From an uncultured cyanobacterium (GTDB taxonomy: Bacteria; Cyanobacteriota; Cyanobacteriia; Cyanobacteriales; CAWCAG01), in NCBI GenBank assembly GCA_963803805.1, contig CAWDOD010000002.1:640001-704000 (forward strand): 64,000 bases of DNA, given 5' to 3'. This document shows, in pieces, positions 21,190 through 31,747 of this stretch. The position numbers were made by a program, and so were the translations under genes. Position 1 is the first letter of the stretch, and every line of letters begins with the position of its first letter. The notes below the pieces were generated by a model. That model had not been told where the DNA came from. It saw nothing but the letters and a program-made list of their open reading frames with translations, and did not search any database.

Positions 21190-21885
21190 TTAAGCTTCCC
21201 TAAGAACATATCCTACTCCCCTAACTGTTTGTATCAAACGCTTTTCACCTTCATCTTCAATTTTCAGGCGTAGATAACGAATGTAAACTTCAATTACATT
21301 AGACTCCCCAACAAAGTCGTAACCCCAAACATTTTCCAAAATCTGTTCTCTTGCTAATACCTCACGGGGATGAGACATTAAATATTTCAGTAGTTCAAAT
21401 TCTTTCATGGTTAGTTCAATATTCCTACCCTTACGAAGTACCCTTCGTGTGCTGAGATCCAATACCAATTCTCCGAAGCGCAGTTGTTTGGTTTCTTCTT
21501 GATTAGGTTGTAGGTAAAAACTGATTAACTGTATAAAGGTATCTGTACGATAGGGTTTAACTAAATAATCATCCGCCCCTGCTTCTAAACAAGCTACTCT
21601 ATCTTCAACGCTATCCCGCGACATTAACATTAGTACAGGTACTCTACTACCTGTAAGTCTCAACTGACGACAAAACAATAGCCCAGATTCTTCTCCCAAA
21701 GCTCTATCTACAACTACCATAGATGGTTGTAGTTGTTTAAATCGCAGCATACCACTATTAGCATTTAGGGCTATAGAAGTTTGATAACCAGCTTCTCTCA
21801 AATCTAGATTTGCTTTTTGGGCAAAAGTCTCGTCAGTTTCAATTAAAAGAACGCAGGAGTTACTGTCTAAGTTAGCAGGAGACAT
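21190..21885 (-). CDS. nblR: OmpR-family response regulator NblR
   Basis: Atypical receiver (VLLIETDE; DRVACLEAGADDY) plus winged helix GESNVIEVYIRYLRLK; adjacent to DUF2949. Confidence 0.85.
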   Translation of the reverse strand: MSPANLDSNSCVLLIETDETFAQKANLDLREAGYQTSIALNANSGMLRFKQLQPSMVVVDRALGEESGLLFCRQLRLTGSRVPVLMLMSRDSVEDRVACLEAGADDYLVKPYRTDTFIQLISFYLQPNQEETKQLRFGELVLDLSTRRVLRKGRNIELTMKEFELLKYLMSHPREVLAREQILENVWGYDFVGESNVIEVYIRYLRLKIEDEGEKRLIQTVRGVGYVLREA

Positions 21886-21943
21886 AGGCTAGTTGAGCAA
21901 TAATACCTAAGCTTTCTCTACTGTTTTAGCATAAAGTTAGCAG

Positions 21944-21965
21944 TTGACATCCTCCCCGCCCTAAA
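21944..21965 (-). mobile_element. Remnant end of an IS200/IS605-family element
   Basis: TTGACATCCTCCCCGCCCTAAA; the reverse complement ...GGGCGGGGAGGATGTCAA resembles tnpB-element right ends. Only half of the hairpin remains and there is no tnpA or tnpB. Confidence 0.5.
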
Positions 21966-21987
21966 ATTTATTACTTATTACTTGCCA

Positions 21988-23895
21988 TTAAGCTCTTTCC
22001 GCCAATTCCAACCACTTTTCCGTTGCTACATCTATTTTTTCGGTAAGATTTTGCAACTTTTCATACAACTCCTTAACCTCTTTCACTTTCCCCGGAGGAG
22101 CATTATAAAGAGCTTTTTCCAGTTCTTCTTTCTCTGATTCTAATTGAGAGATTTGCTCTTCTAATTCGCTAAAAGTTTTCCTTTCCCAATTAGATAGTCG
22201 CCGTTGCTTATTGCTAGTTCTGTTTTTTGATTTACTTGTTGTTATTTTTACACTTGTTTTTTTAACTTCAGAAGTTTCCTTCTCCTTCGCTTTTTGGTAA
22301 TCTAAATAAATAGAATAATTTCCTGGATATCTACGAATCATCCCCCCAGATTCTAAAGCAAAAATACTATTAACTGTCCTGTCTAAAAAGTAGCGATCGT
22401 GGGAAACAACAATAACACAACCATTAAATTCAGCTAAATATTCTTCCAAAACTGCCAGGGTTTGTACATCTAAATCATTAGTAGGTTCATCCAAAATTAA
22501 AACGTTAGGAGCGCCCATTAATACCCTTAAAAGAAATAAGCGTCGCTTTTCTCCTCCAGAGAGTTTGTAAATGGGAACATATTGTTGATTAGGAGGAAAA
22601 AGAAAGCGCTCCAACATTTGCGAAGCACTAATAATAGTACCATCAGTAGTTTGTACTAACTCTCCTACTTCTTTAAGATACTCAATTACCCTTTGCTCTT
22701 CATTTAATGCTGCCAGTAAATCTTCTGAGTGTTGGTCAAAATAGCCAAAATGAATTGTACTACCAACTTCTACTGTTCCTGCATCAGGTTGAATTCGTTG
22801 GGTAATAATATCCATTAAAGTAGACTTACCTGCCCCATTGCTACCAATAATACCAATGCGATCATCAGGATTAAAAAGGTAAGTAAAATCCTTAATTAAA
22901 GTGCGATCGCCATAGCTTTTGCTAATATTTTCTAACTCAATTACTTTCTTGCCAATACGACGATTAGGAGTAGTGATTTCTACTTTTCCTTGGGCTTCTT
23001 TGAACTCCTGCTCCTTCATTTCATCAATACGATCAATACGCGCTCTTTGTTTGGTACTCCGCGCTTTTGGCCCTTGCCTTAACCAAGCTAATTCCCTTCG
23101 CAATACTCCTTTATACTTACGCTGACTACTAGCAACAGATTCTTCTGCCAAAGCTTTTTTTTCTAAAAAATAAGCGTAATTTCCGGCATAATGATAAAAA
23201 TCCCCTCGATCTATTTCAATAATGCGATTAGTTACCCGATCTAAAAAATAACGGTCGTGGGTAATTAATAAAATCGCTCCACGATAACCACTTAAGTAAC
23301 CTTGTAACCACTCCACAGAAAGAGCATCTAAATGGTTAGTTGGCTCATCCATAAGTAATACTTCCGGTTGAGCAAGAAGAGCCGTTGCTAAGGCAATACG
23401 CTTACGATAACCGCCGGATAAAGTACCAACGATAGCCTCAAAATCAACAATTCCTAACTTAGTTAAAATAATTTTGGCATTAGTTTCTAAATCCCAAGCA
23501 TTGAGGGTTTCAATTTGTTGGTTAACCTGAGAAAATCTATTGAGAAGTTGCTTATTATCAGGTTCTTTTGCTAGTTTTCTCGAAAGTTCTTCATACTCCC
23601 GAACTAAATTCATTTGCTCACTACTATCAGTAAAAACCTGTTGTAGAACTGTAAGATTTTCATCTAAGTCCGGTTGCTGAGGTAAATAAGCAATTCTCGT
23701 TTCTGGATTAACAATTATTTTTCCCCCATCAATGGGTTCTAGCCCAGCAATCATCTTTAATAAAGTAGATTTACCGGAACCATTAGTACCAATTAAACCA
23801 ACTTTATCCCTTGCCTCAAGACTAAAGCTGGCATCTTTAAGAATTTCTTTTGTACCAAAGTCTTTTTGAACAGATTGGAGAGTGAAAATAGTCAT
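21988..23895 (-). CDS. ABC-F family ATP-binding protein (Uup-like)
   Basis: Two ABC domains (GTNGSGKST/LSGG/DEPTNHLD and GSNGAGKST/LSGGE/DEPTNDLD), C-terminal coiled coil, no TM. Confidence 0.92.
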   Translation of the reverse strand: MTIFTLQSVQKDFGTKEILKDASFSLEARDKVGLIGTNGSGKSTLLKMIAGLEPIDGGKIIVNPETRIAYLPQQPDLDENLTVLQQVFTDSSEQMNLVREYEELSRKLAKEPDNKQLLNRFSQVNQQIETLNAWDLETNAKIILTKLGIVDFEAIVGTLSGGYRKRIALATALLAQPEVLLMDEPTNHLDALSVEWLQGYLSGYRGAILLITHDRYFLDRVTNRIIEIDRGDFYHYAGNYAYFLEKKALAEESVASSQRKYKGVLRRELAWLRQGPKARSTKQRARIDRIDEMKEQEFKEAQGKVEITTPNRRIGKKVIELENISKSYGDRTLIKDFTYLFNPDDRIGIIGSNGAGKSTLMDIITQRIQPDAGTVEVGSTIHFGYFDQHSEDLLAALNEEQRVIEYLKEVGELVQTTDGTIISASQMLERFLFPPNQQYVPIYKLSGGEKRRLFLLRVLMGAPNVLILDEPTNDLDVQTLAVLEEYLAEFNGCVIVVSHDRYFLDRTVNSIFALESGGMIRRYPGNYSIYLDYQKAKEKETSEVKKTSVKITTSKSKNRTSNKQRRLSNWERKTFSELEEQISQLESEKEELEKALYNAPPGKVKEVKELYEKLQNLTEKIDVATEKWLELAERA

Positions 23896-24118
23896 GATTA
23901 TACTAGACCCTGTTTAGTTCCACAGGTTATTAGTGAGGGCAGAAGCCAGAGAGTAGGGAGTAGGCAGCATCAGAAAAAATAGTCTACCTCATGTGAATTG
24001 CTATAGCTATTAGCTTCTTGGCTATATAAGTCACAATTTCACAAAGCTATTCCCTATAGCCTTACGGCAACCATACACGCGAACCTTCCCCTTACTAACT
24101 AGCAATTATTCTCTTCTG

Positions 24119-25441
24119 TTAGCTGATAAACTCACGGGGATCGGTTACATAGCCTGTAATCGCAGAAGCTGCCGCCGTATAAGGGGAAGCGAGATAAATT
24201 TGGGCTTTTTTATCTCCCATGCGACCAGGGAAATTACGATTAGTAGTAGAAACGCAAACTTCTGGTTTATTCATTCTGCCGAAGGTATCTTTTCGACCCC
24301 CTAAACAAGCTGCACAGGAAGGTGCCGCAGGCTCAATGCAACCGGCTTCTAAAAAGATTTCCGAGAGGGTTTGCCCTTGGTATTTAATGCTGAATAGGTC
24401 TTCATAAACCTTTTGGGTGGCCGGGACAATATAAGTGGGTACACTGACTTTATTTCCTTTGAGAATCTTGGCAGCGTTATAAAAATCAGTGGTTTTGCCC
24501 CCGGTACAAGAACCAATATAAGCCCTGTCAATTTTGACATCACTACATTCTCTTGCTAAAGCCCGGTTGTCGGGGGAATGGGGTTTCGCAACTACTGGTT
24601 CTAGTTGGGCCACATTATAACGGCGATCACTATAAAATTGGGCATCTTCATCGCTATAAACTGGTGTAAAATCTTTGTTAGTGCGATCGCGCAAGTAAGC
24701 AAAGGTCGTTTCATCTGGGGCAATGACTCCATTTTTCCCCCCAGCTTCAATAACCATGTTGCAAAGGGTCATCCTTTCTTCCATAGTCATCTTTTCTACA
24801 ACTTCCCCAGCAAATTCCATGGTGCGGTAAGTTGCCCCAGCCACACCAATATCCCCAATAACTTGCAAAATCAAATCTTTGGCTAGCAAGTAATCTGGCA
24901 TTTCCCCATCAAATACAAAGCGCATGGTAGCCGGGACTTTAATTAAAAGTTTACCTGTTCCCATAATAAATCCTGCATCAGTGTTGCCAATTCCTGTGGC
25001 AAATTGACCAAACGCACCAGCATTACAAGTATGGGAATCTGTACCAAAAAGCACTTCCCCAGGGCGAGTATGACCTTCTTGAGCTAGGGCAATGTGGCAA
25101 ACTCCTTTATAATCGGGATTAGCTTTAAAGTCCCCTCTATCAGTAATATCATAGAAATATTTAATCTTTTGTTCTTGAGCGAAGTCTCGCAAAATATCCA
25201 CATTACGATTAGCTCTTTTGTCAGCCGTAAAAATGTAGTGGTCAGGAATAAGCACAATTTTATCTGCATCCCAAACCTTAGCCTCTGCCCCGAATTCCCG
25301 CTTAAATACCCCAATAGTACCAGGGCCACAAACATCATGGGTCATCAAAACATCTACATTAACCCAAACATTCTCCCCCGGTTCCACTTGAGAACGACCC
25401 GCAGCACGGGCGATAATTTTTTCGGTTAAGGTCATAGCCAT
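24119..25441 (-). CDS. leuC: 3-isopropylmalate dehydratase large subunit (aconitase family, plant/HacA-like type)
   Basis: MTHDVCGPG, GTDSHT, IGSCTGG, PSCAACLGG, STTNRNFPGRMG. Confidence 0.85.
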   Translation of the reverse strand: MAMTLTEKIIARAAGRSQVEPGENVWVNVDVLMTHDVCGPGTIGVFKREFGAEAKVWDADKIVLIPDHYIFTADKRANRNVDILRDFAQEQKIKYFYDITDRGDFKANPDYKGVCHIALAQEGHTRPGEVLFGTDSHTCNAGAFGQFATGIGNTDAGFIMGTGKLLIKVPATMRFVFDGEMPDYLLAKDLILQVIGDIGVAGATYRTMEFAGEVVEKMTMEERMTLCNMVIEAGGKNGVIAPDETTFAYLRDRTNKDFTPVYSDEDAQFYSDRRYNVAQLEPVVAKPHSPDNRALARECSDVKIDRAYIGSCTGGKTTDFYNAAKILKGNKVSVPTYIVPATQKVYEDLFSIKYQGQTLSEIFLEAGCIEPAAPSCAACLGGRKDTFGRMNKPEVCVSTTNRNFPGRMGDKKAQIYLASPYTAAASAITGYVTDPREFIS

Positions 25442-25506
25442 AGTAGTTGATCTCCTAGATAATTAAAATATGATTTTTCCTCGCCAAACTTGAAGCCTGG
25501 TACATA

Positions 25507-25530
25507 GTAGGGAGGCATTACCCACCCTAC
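25507..25530. repeat. GTAG-type REP-like palindrome
   Basis: GTAGGG-AGGCATTACCCA-CCCTAC. Confidence 0.5.
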
Positions 25531-25557
25531 AAAATATACAATCTAGTTCCTGACACT

Positions 25558-27363
25558 TCAAGCTGGATAAATCCTCAATCTGCGATTTGGTTCATCCCCA
25601 AAACTGTTAGATTTAAGGCGATAATGCTCTACTAATTCGTGTTGCATTTTCCGCACTTTGCCAGAACGAGGCAATAATTCCACCGGTTGTCCTTTGGGAA
25701 TAACTATTTGCTCTACTGCTAACCTAGCTTCTTCTAAGGCCTCAATTTCATCGTCATTGCCACTTTGGGTAAACAGGCGCATATCTATGGCTTCGGGAAC
25801 CTTGGGGTCATCCATATTCAAAAGACGACGTAGGGCGCGACTAATTTGAGGTACAGTACTAGATTTAACAGCGTGGATGGGTAACTGCCGTGCCTTAGCA
25901 ATTTGTCGTAACTTAGAATGATTTTTAATATGCGATCGCAACGCTAAAACCGCATCTGCACTATCCATATCTTTAGTTAAGACGATAGGCAGGTTCATAA
26001 TTTCAATTACTTGTTGTAATTGGTTACGGCTAACTCCGTAGGGATAAACATATAAAGGTAAATCCTCACCATTAGGCCCAGGCATTCTCAACTGATTTCT
26101 CTCGACATCCTGGTGTTGCCAAGATTGGTCAAGCATTTGGGCAAAGTCGTTTTGAGTGGCAGGGGTTGCCACCTGCTGTCTAGGTAAGGCTTTCATCCTT
26201 CCTGAAGCTCGCCATCCTCCTGTTTGCATGGTGGGTAGGGTAGAAGCATTTGTTCCCCAAGAGGGAGTTTTTGGAGGTTGTGGGACAATCTCTTCTACTT
26301 GAATCTGTCCTTCTTCATCAACTTTGCGGATCTGTACCTCTGGTTCTCTACCTCGCAACAAGCTATCTACAGTTATAGAAACATCTTCCCAAACCACCCA
26401 ACGTTGCCTTTCTAGCATTTCTACTGCAATGTCAAAGGTGGGAGGGGCTTTACGCTCTAATACCGTTTTCTGAGAACCTCTCCGTCTAGCCTCATCGTCT
26501 CCCAATGTAACAGCTTGGATGCCCCCAATTAAATCTGAGAGGGTCGGATTTTTAATCAGGTTTTCTAGTTGGTTGCCATGGGCTGTTCCCACCAACTGAA
26601 CTCCTCTTTCGGCTATAGTACGGGCTGCCATTGCCTCTAATTCTGTACCAATTTCATCAATAATAATTACCTCTGGCATATGATTTTCCACCGCTTCAAT
26701 CATTACCTGATGCTGCAATTCAGGCCGAGCAACTTGCATCCGCCGCGCCCTACCAATGGCTGGGTGAGGAATGTCTCCATCTCCAGCAATTTCGTTGGAG
26801 GTATCAATAATGACAACACGCTTTTCCAGTTCATCAGCCAACACTCTGCCTATTTCCCGCAAAGCTGTGGTTTTTCCTACTCCAGGACGGCCTAGCAACA
26901 GAATCGAGCGACCAGTCTCTACTAAATCACGAATCATGCCAATAGTGCCAAAAACAGCCCTACCAATGCGACAGGTTAAACCAATAATATCCCCGGTACG
27001 GTTACGAATGGCACTAATGCGGTGGAGAGTACGTTCGATTCCTGCTCGGTTATCCCCACTGAACATACCAACCCGTTCAATAGAATAGTCTAGGTCAGTT
27101 CTGGAGATCGGGGTTTCGCTGAGATATTCTGCTCCGTTAGGGAAGCGGGCTTCTGGTAATCTGCCCAAATCCATAACAACTTCTACTAACCGATCTTTAT
27201 GGGGATGGGATTCCAGTTTGGTCTGTATTTCAGCCGGCAAAATCTCTAATAATTTGTTGAGATTATCAGTAATTTGCATCCTTTGAGCATTAGTATTGTT
27301 CTCATTGATGGCTGATTCTTGAGTCGATGAAGCTGTTTTTTCTAGAGAGTTATTGGATTTCAC
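25558..27363 (-). CDS. ycf45: Ycf45-like AAA ATPase with C-terminal R3H domain
   Basis: GRPGVGKTT, IDTSNEIAGDG, IIIDEIG, C-terminal RKMQHELVEHY; adjacent to ldpA. Confidence 0.88.
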   Translation of the reverse strand: MKSNNSLEKTASSTQESAINENNTNAQRMQITDNLNKLLEILPAEIQTKLESHPHKDRLVEVVMDLGRLPEARFPNGAEYLSETPISRTDLDYSIERVGMFSGDNRAGIERTLHRISAIRNRTGDIIGLTCRIGRAVFGTIGMIRDLVETGRSILLLGRPGVGKTTALREIGRVLADELEKRVVIIDTSNEIAGDGDIPHPAIGRARRMQVARPELQHQVMIEAVENHMPEVIIIDEIGTELEAMAARTIAERGVQLVGTAHGNQLENLIKNPTLSDLIGGIQAVTLGDDEARRRGSQKTVLERKAPPTFDIAVEMLERQRWVVWEDVSITVDSLLRGREPEVQIRKVDEEGQIQVEEIVPQPPKTPSWGTNASTLPTMQTGGWRASGRMKALPRQQVATPATQNDFAQMLDQSWQHQDVERNQLRMPGPNGEDLPLYVYPYGVSRNQLQQVIEIMNLPIVLTKDMDSADAVLALRSHIKNHSKLRQIAKARQLPIHAVKSSTVPQISRALRRLLNMDDPKVPEAIDMRLFTQSGNDDEIEALEEARLAVEQIVIPKGQPVELLPRSGKVRKMQHELVEHYRLKSNSFGDEPNRRLRIYPA

Positions 27364-27437
27364 GGGTAAAAATAAGCTTTATCTAGGTTTTGGTGTGGCG
27401 CTATAGATAGGGGGGATGCCCAAGAGAGATAACATCA

Positions 27438-28529
27438 CTAAGGAGCTATTTGCAGTGGGGCAAAACTCCGATTCGGAAATTTTAATGGCTCCACCAATTG
27501 GCGAGCTGCTGTAACTGCGGCGATAAGCAAATCAGGATGATTTTCTAGGCGATTGATGGGTAGAAGTTGGGACATGGGAGATGCTATTTCCTTGATGGTT
27601 GAGTAATTAACTGTTTCTAACTGATTGAGAATGGGTAAAAGAAGAGAACGGGCGTAACTACCATAGGCAACGCCAGCTAATTGTTTTTTTCTTAGCAATC
27701 CAAGGGCTTTTAGTTTGGTAACAGTATATTGATTTGTACCGCCAGCTAACTGGATGTAACCAGGTAAATCAGCCCCTAAAACTTTTTGGGCTAGTTTAAC
27801 AGCGGCGCTGGTTGTACCCATGCCAATATCGCCACTCATCGACCGGCCATCAGTTTGCCAAATTAAGGTACAGGGTAAAGGGGTTATTAGTTTGTAAAGA
27901 GTTTGTAAATAAGGGATTAAGTTGGGAGCATCTGGGCAACTAATGGCTAAAAGTTTGAGTTTATTTATTTTAGGGGCGATTACACTCCAAAGTCTTTGAA
28001 AGTCTTGGAAGTGTCCCACTTGGGTGTGAATTTCTACAGCATCAACAGGGTTATTTTGTATTAAAGGGGTTATGGTTTCTGGAGTAGAAACATAGGAACG
28101 AGTATAAATTAATTCACTAGGGCAAATTGGTAAACAACGACCGCAACCGTAACAAATTTGGTCATTTACACCTGAAAATGTGATCGCCTGTGCTGGACAA
28201 ATACTTTCGCAAGGGCGAGGACAGTTAGGAGGGCATTCCGTAGCTAAAAATTCTGCTTTACGGAAATGGGGGTCTTCTCCATCATTGAGACTAATCATTA
28301 ACCAAGGTTTACTTTGATTGGGAGCCAAACTTGCGGCAACCTCAAGCCCCTCTTGAGCTGCTGCTATTACAGCAGGGTCTGCTGCAATGTCGATACAATC
28401 TGCCCCTGCCAGGGTATATGCCAAGGCAAGGTTACGAATAGCAGGTAAGTGCTGAAAACTGGCTCCGCAAATAAGCTTGAACCAGCTACCTTTTCTGAGA
28501 GATTGTAAGGGATAGTACAGTTGACTCAC
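27438..28529 (-). CDS. ldpA: Circadian input Fe-S protein LdpA
   Basis: WFKLICGASFQ, DPHFRKA, CPPNCPRPCESICP and CYGCGRCLPICP clusters, QTDGRSMSGDIG. Confidence 0.93.
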   Translation of the reverse strand: MSQLYYPLQSLRKGSWFKLICGASFQHLPAIRNLALAYTLAGADCIDIAADPAVIAAAQEGLEVAASLAPNQSKPWLMISLNDGEDPHFRKAEFLATECPPNCPRPCESICPAQAITFSGVNDQICYGCGRCLPICPSELIYTRSYVSTPETITPLIQNNPVDAVEIHTQVGHFQDFQRLWSVIAPKINKLKLLAISCPDAPNLIPYLQTLYKLITPLPCTLIWQTDGRSMSGDIGMGTTSAAVKLAQKVLGADLPGYIQLAGGTNQYTVTKLKALGLLRKKQLAGVAYGSYARSLLLPILNQLETVNYSTIKEIASPMSQLLPINRLENHPDLLIAAVTAARQLVEPLKFPNRSFAPLQIAP

Positions 28530-28663
28530 CCTTATATCCTATCTTTCTTAGAGCAAAATGGGCCGAGAAAGTTAACAAATTTCCTTAGTAGTATTTTATC
28601 TATTTAGAATCTAGGACTACACTACCTTTAAACGGCAAGGGGCAGTCTGCCCCTCACCCCTAA

Positions 28664-29284
28664 TTAATCAACAATAGCGTTGAGTAAAACCTCAGTTAAA
28701 GTCAAATCTTCCATATCATCGATGGTGATCGTATCAACGATATCAAATTCTGCTCCAGCCGTTTGGAGTTTATCATCCAAAGCTTTAAGATATTCTGTGG
28801 CACGGCGATCGCCCCCTACTTGGATTAAGGAAATGCCTAATTCCTCATCCCGGTCTATTTGACGAGATGCTTCAATAATTATGCGCATGACCATTTTGCG
28901 ATCATCGGGTTCTCCATCTGTAACCACTAGGATAGTTTCGCCGTTAGGCTTGGCTTCCCCTGCTGCTTTACGCTGAAAGTAGTTAGTTAAGGCATCTTCT
29001 AAGACTCCAGCTAAGTCGGTACGCCCCATGGGGTCATTTTCGCGATAAATTTGAGCGACTTTTTCTGAGGTGACATTATCGTAGCGTCTAAAACGACCAG
29101 AAAAAAGATAGACTGTAATCCCATCTGGGTCAATTTTTTCACAGGCTCTTGCTAAAGCAAGGGTTGATTCTTGGGCAACTTCCCAACGGCTTTTTCCCGC
29201 TGCTTTATCAGGAGCAGACATACTTCCACTTTTATCAATAATGAGAGTATAGTCTCTTTCTTCAACAATAGAACCTTCTGACAC
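28664..29284 (-). CDS. VWA domain protein
   Basis: MIDAS motif DKSGSM, ILVVTDGEPDD. Confidence 0.88.
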   Translation of the reverse strand: MSEGSIVEERDYTLIIDKSGSMSAPDKAAGKSRWEVAQESTLALARACEKIDPDGITVYLFSGRFRRYDNVTSEKVAQIYRENDPMGRTDLAGVLEDALTNYFQRKAAGEAKPNGETILVVTDGEPDDRKMVMRIIIEASRQIDRDEELGISLIQVGGDRRATEYLKALDDKLQTAGAEFDIVDTITIDDMEDLTLTEVLLNAIVD

Positions 29285-29377
29285 TTAGCTAAGACCTCCT
29301 AGAATGATAATTATGCTCTTTCTTTTAGCCTATAGCTAGGTTGAGGATTTGAGGCAAAATCTTAGATTTTCTCCCAA

Positions 29378-29965
29378 TTAATTTTTTGCCGCCGCATCAA
29401 TTTGTTGCCGTAGGTAGTCTTGATTAGCGGTGTTATTTAAGACAATATCAGCAACAGCAATTTTGTCTTTTAAGGGCAGTTGACTATTGATACGTTCTTG
29501 GGCATCTTGTGTAGAAAGGCGATCGCGCTGTATTAAACGCTGTAATTGTTCTTCTTCACTACAGGTAACTACCCAAATTTCCGTCACCAAGTCAGTCATC
29601 TTAGCTTCTAATAACAAAGGAATAACTAACACTACTGTTGGTTGATTCAAATCCTGAAGCTTCTTAACAAAGCATTCCTTGACATAGGGATGGATTTGTG
29701 ATTCTAACCAAAGGCGTTCCTTGAAATTCCTGAAGATGATTTCCCCTAGCTTGCTGCGATTGAGGCTACCATCATTTAACTGAATCTCGTCACCATAACG
29801 CTGAACAATTTTTTCTAATACTGGTGAACCAATTTGCACAGCGTCTCTGGCATAAACATCAGCATCTAAAATTGGTAATTGGTAAGCCTGGGTCAAATAG
29901 TTAGCTACAGTGGTTTTTCCCGTTGCAATACCCCCAGTTAAGCCGATAATCCTTCTTTTACTCAT
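29378..29965 (-). CDS. coaE: Dephospho-CoA kinase
   Basis: IGLTGGIATGKTTV, LDADVYAR, IHPYV, IPLLLE. Confidence 0.95.
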   Translation of the reverse strand: MSKRRIIGLTGGIATGKTTVANYLTQAYQLPILDADVYARDAVQIGSPVLEKIVQRYGDEIQLNDGSLNRSKLGEIIFRNFKERLWLESQIHPYVKECFVKKLQDLNQPTVVLVIPLLLEAKMTDLVTEIWVVTCSEEEQLQRLIQRDRLSTQDAQERINSQLPLKDKIAVADIVLNNTANQDYLRQQIDAAAKN

Positions 29966-30039
29966 TAAGCAATATGGGTAAAAATCAAGAACTAATAAAT
30001 AGGTTTTTCCCCATCTCTTCTGAGAAATGTTTAATAGTA

Positions 30040-30735
30040 TTAACTATTAAAACTGCGATCGCGCCATTTATTGAGTTGTGCTTCGCCGATAGTGGCTAGA
30101 CGCTGTAAATCTGCCATTTGGCTTTTTAACAGGGTGATTTGTCTGTCCTTAAGATTAATTTGCTTTTTGATTTCTCGATAGTTTTTTGCTTGTCTTGTTG
30201 CTTGAGTACGTTGTTGAAAGAGTCTTTTTTCTAGTTCAGAAATTTGCGCTTCTTTGTTTTGGGATTGTTGTTGACTTAATTGCTTCTCCAACTCAGCGAT
30301 ACGAGTTTCTTTAGCCTCAACTTCTTGTTTCTCTCGATTTAACTGTTTCTCCAACTCAGCAATACGAGTTTCTTGTGTTTGAATTTTGTCTTTTAGAGTT
30401 TCATAGGCCTCTAAAGGGATATTTATATGAGGAACAACTTCCTCATTTTCTTCCTCAATCCCTTTTGGAGAACTAACTACTTCAATAATAGTCTTGTTTT
30501 CTGCCTGTTGATTATCAGTTTCATCAGAGGAATCTAAGGTGATTGTCTTTTGTGCTGTAGTGCTAGCTAAAGCAACGTAACCTCTAGCCAATTGTTCTAC
30601 TAGCTGAGATTTTGACAATCCCACTTTTTCGGCCATTTCGTTAAGTAAATCAACCCCTGTTGAGGTCAGGGTAATTCCTACTTTAGACTTTCCTGAAGAA
30701 TGCTTGTTAGAAACTTTACGCCTTTTTCTTGCCAT
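30040..30735 (-). CDS. CopG/RHH-like N-terminal domain plus coiled-coil protein
   Basis: VGITLTSTGVDLLNEMAEKVGLSKSQLVEQLARG; repeated ETRIAELEKQL. Confidence 0.72.
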   Translation of the reverse strand: MARKRRKVSNKHSSGKSKVGITLTSTGVDLLNEMAEKVGLSKSQLVEQLARGYVALASTTAQKTITLDSSDETDNQQAENKTIIEVVSSPKGIEEENEEVVPHINIPLEAYETLKDKIQTQETRIAELEKQLNREKQEVEAKETRIAELEKQLSQQQSQNKEAQISELEKRLFQQRTQATRQAKNYREIKKQINLKDRQITLLKSQMADLQRLATIGEAQLNKWRDRSFNS

Positions 30736-30900
30736 GAGCTTATGGGAACTTGCAATGGGTCAATCAAACCAAGTATATGGTACTCAAAGCAATGTTAAAA
30801 GCAAGCTTGAGCATTCAGCAATCTTTCTTATTTTTTTGGCATTTTGTATGACTTACCTAGAGAAAGTAAACTTATTACTTATTACTTGTTACTTGTTCCC

Positions 30901-31719
30901 CTAACGCTTCACTGTCATAATCTCTACCCCTTCTTTAGTCACAGCGATAGTATGTTCAAACTGGGCTGATAACTTACCATCTCTAGTCAGGGCTGTCCAA
31001 CCATCTTCTAGAATCTCTGCTTCCCAGGTTCCTTCATTAATCATTGGTTCAATGGTGAATACCATACCAGGGCGGAAGCGTTTGCCTTTACCCCGCTTGC
31101 CATAGTGTGGTATTTGGGGGGCAGTGTGGAAAATTCTGTTAACCCCATGTCCGACAAAATCTCGCACTACAGAAAAGCCTTCTCCTTCTGCATATTCTTG
31201 AATAGCTGCGCCAATGTCGCCAATCCTGCCCCCCGGTTTAACCGCAGCAATACCTCTTCTTAAGCATTCTTCAGTCACTTCTACTAGTTTTTTGGCCTTT
31301 GCAGAAGGAGTACCAACAAAAAAAGTTCGGGAAGTATCGCCGTGATAACCATCTAGAATCGGCGTAACATCAATGTTGATAATATCTCCATCTCTGAGAA
31401 TTTGTTTCTTGCTAGGGATGCCGTGGCAAATGACTTCATTAACGCTAGTACAAATAGATTTAGGGAAATCTATTGGCACTCCATGATAACCCAGGGGCGC
31501 ACTGATAGCTCCGTGTGCCTGAGTCCAGCGCTCTGCTTCGTCGTTAATTTCTAGGGTACTTACACCCGGTTTTACCATCGGTTCGAGATGGTCTAATAGT
31601 TCTGCGGCTAAGCTTCCCGCTTGACGCATTTTTTCAATCTCTCTTGCGGAGAGGAGAGTTATTCTTTCGCTTCCCATCTTTGAAGATTGGCTCTCAGTAG
31701 TTAAAGTCTGGTAAAACAT
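30901..31719 (-). CDS. map: Type I methionine aminopeptidase
   Basis: CTSVNEVICHGIP, DIINIDVT, GHGV, FTIEPMIN, SAQFEHT; true start may be the internal ATG (MGSERI). Confidence 0.95.
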   Translation of the reverse strand: MFYQTLTTESQSSKMGSERITLLSAREIEKMRQAGSLAAELLDHLEPMVKPGVSTLEINDEAERWTQAHGAISAPLGYHGVPIDFPKSICTSVNEVICHGIPSKKQILRDGDIINIDVTPILDGYHGDTSRTFFVGTPSAKAKKLVEVTEECLRRGIAAVKPGGRIGDIGAAIQEYAEGEGFSVVRDFVGHGVNRIFHTAPQIPHYGKRGKGKRFRPGMVFTIEPMINEGTWEAEILEDGWTALTRDGKLSAQFEHTIAVTKEGVEIMTVKR

Positions 31720-31747
31720 TAAATTATACCCTAATTAGATTTTAGGT

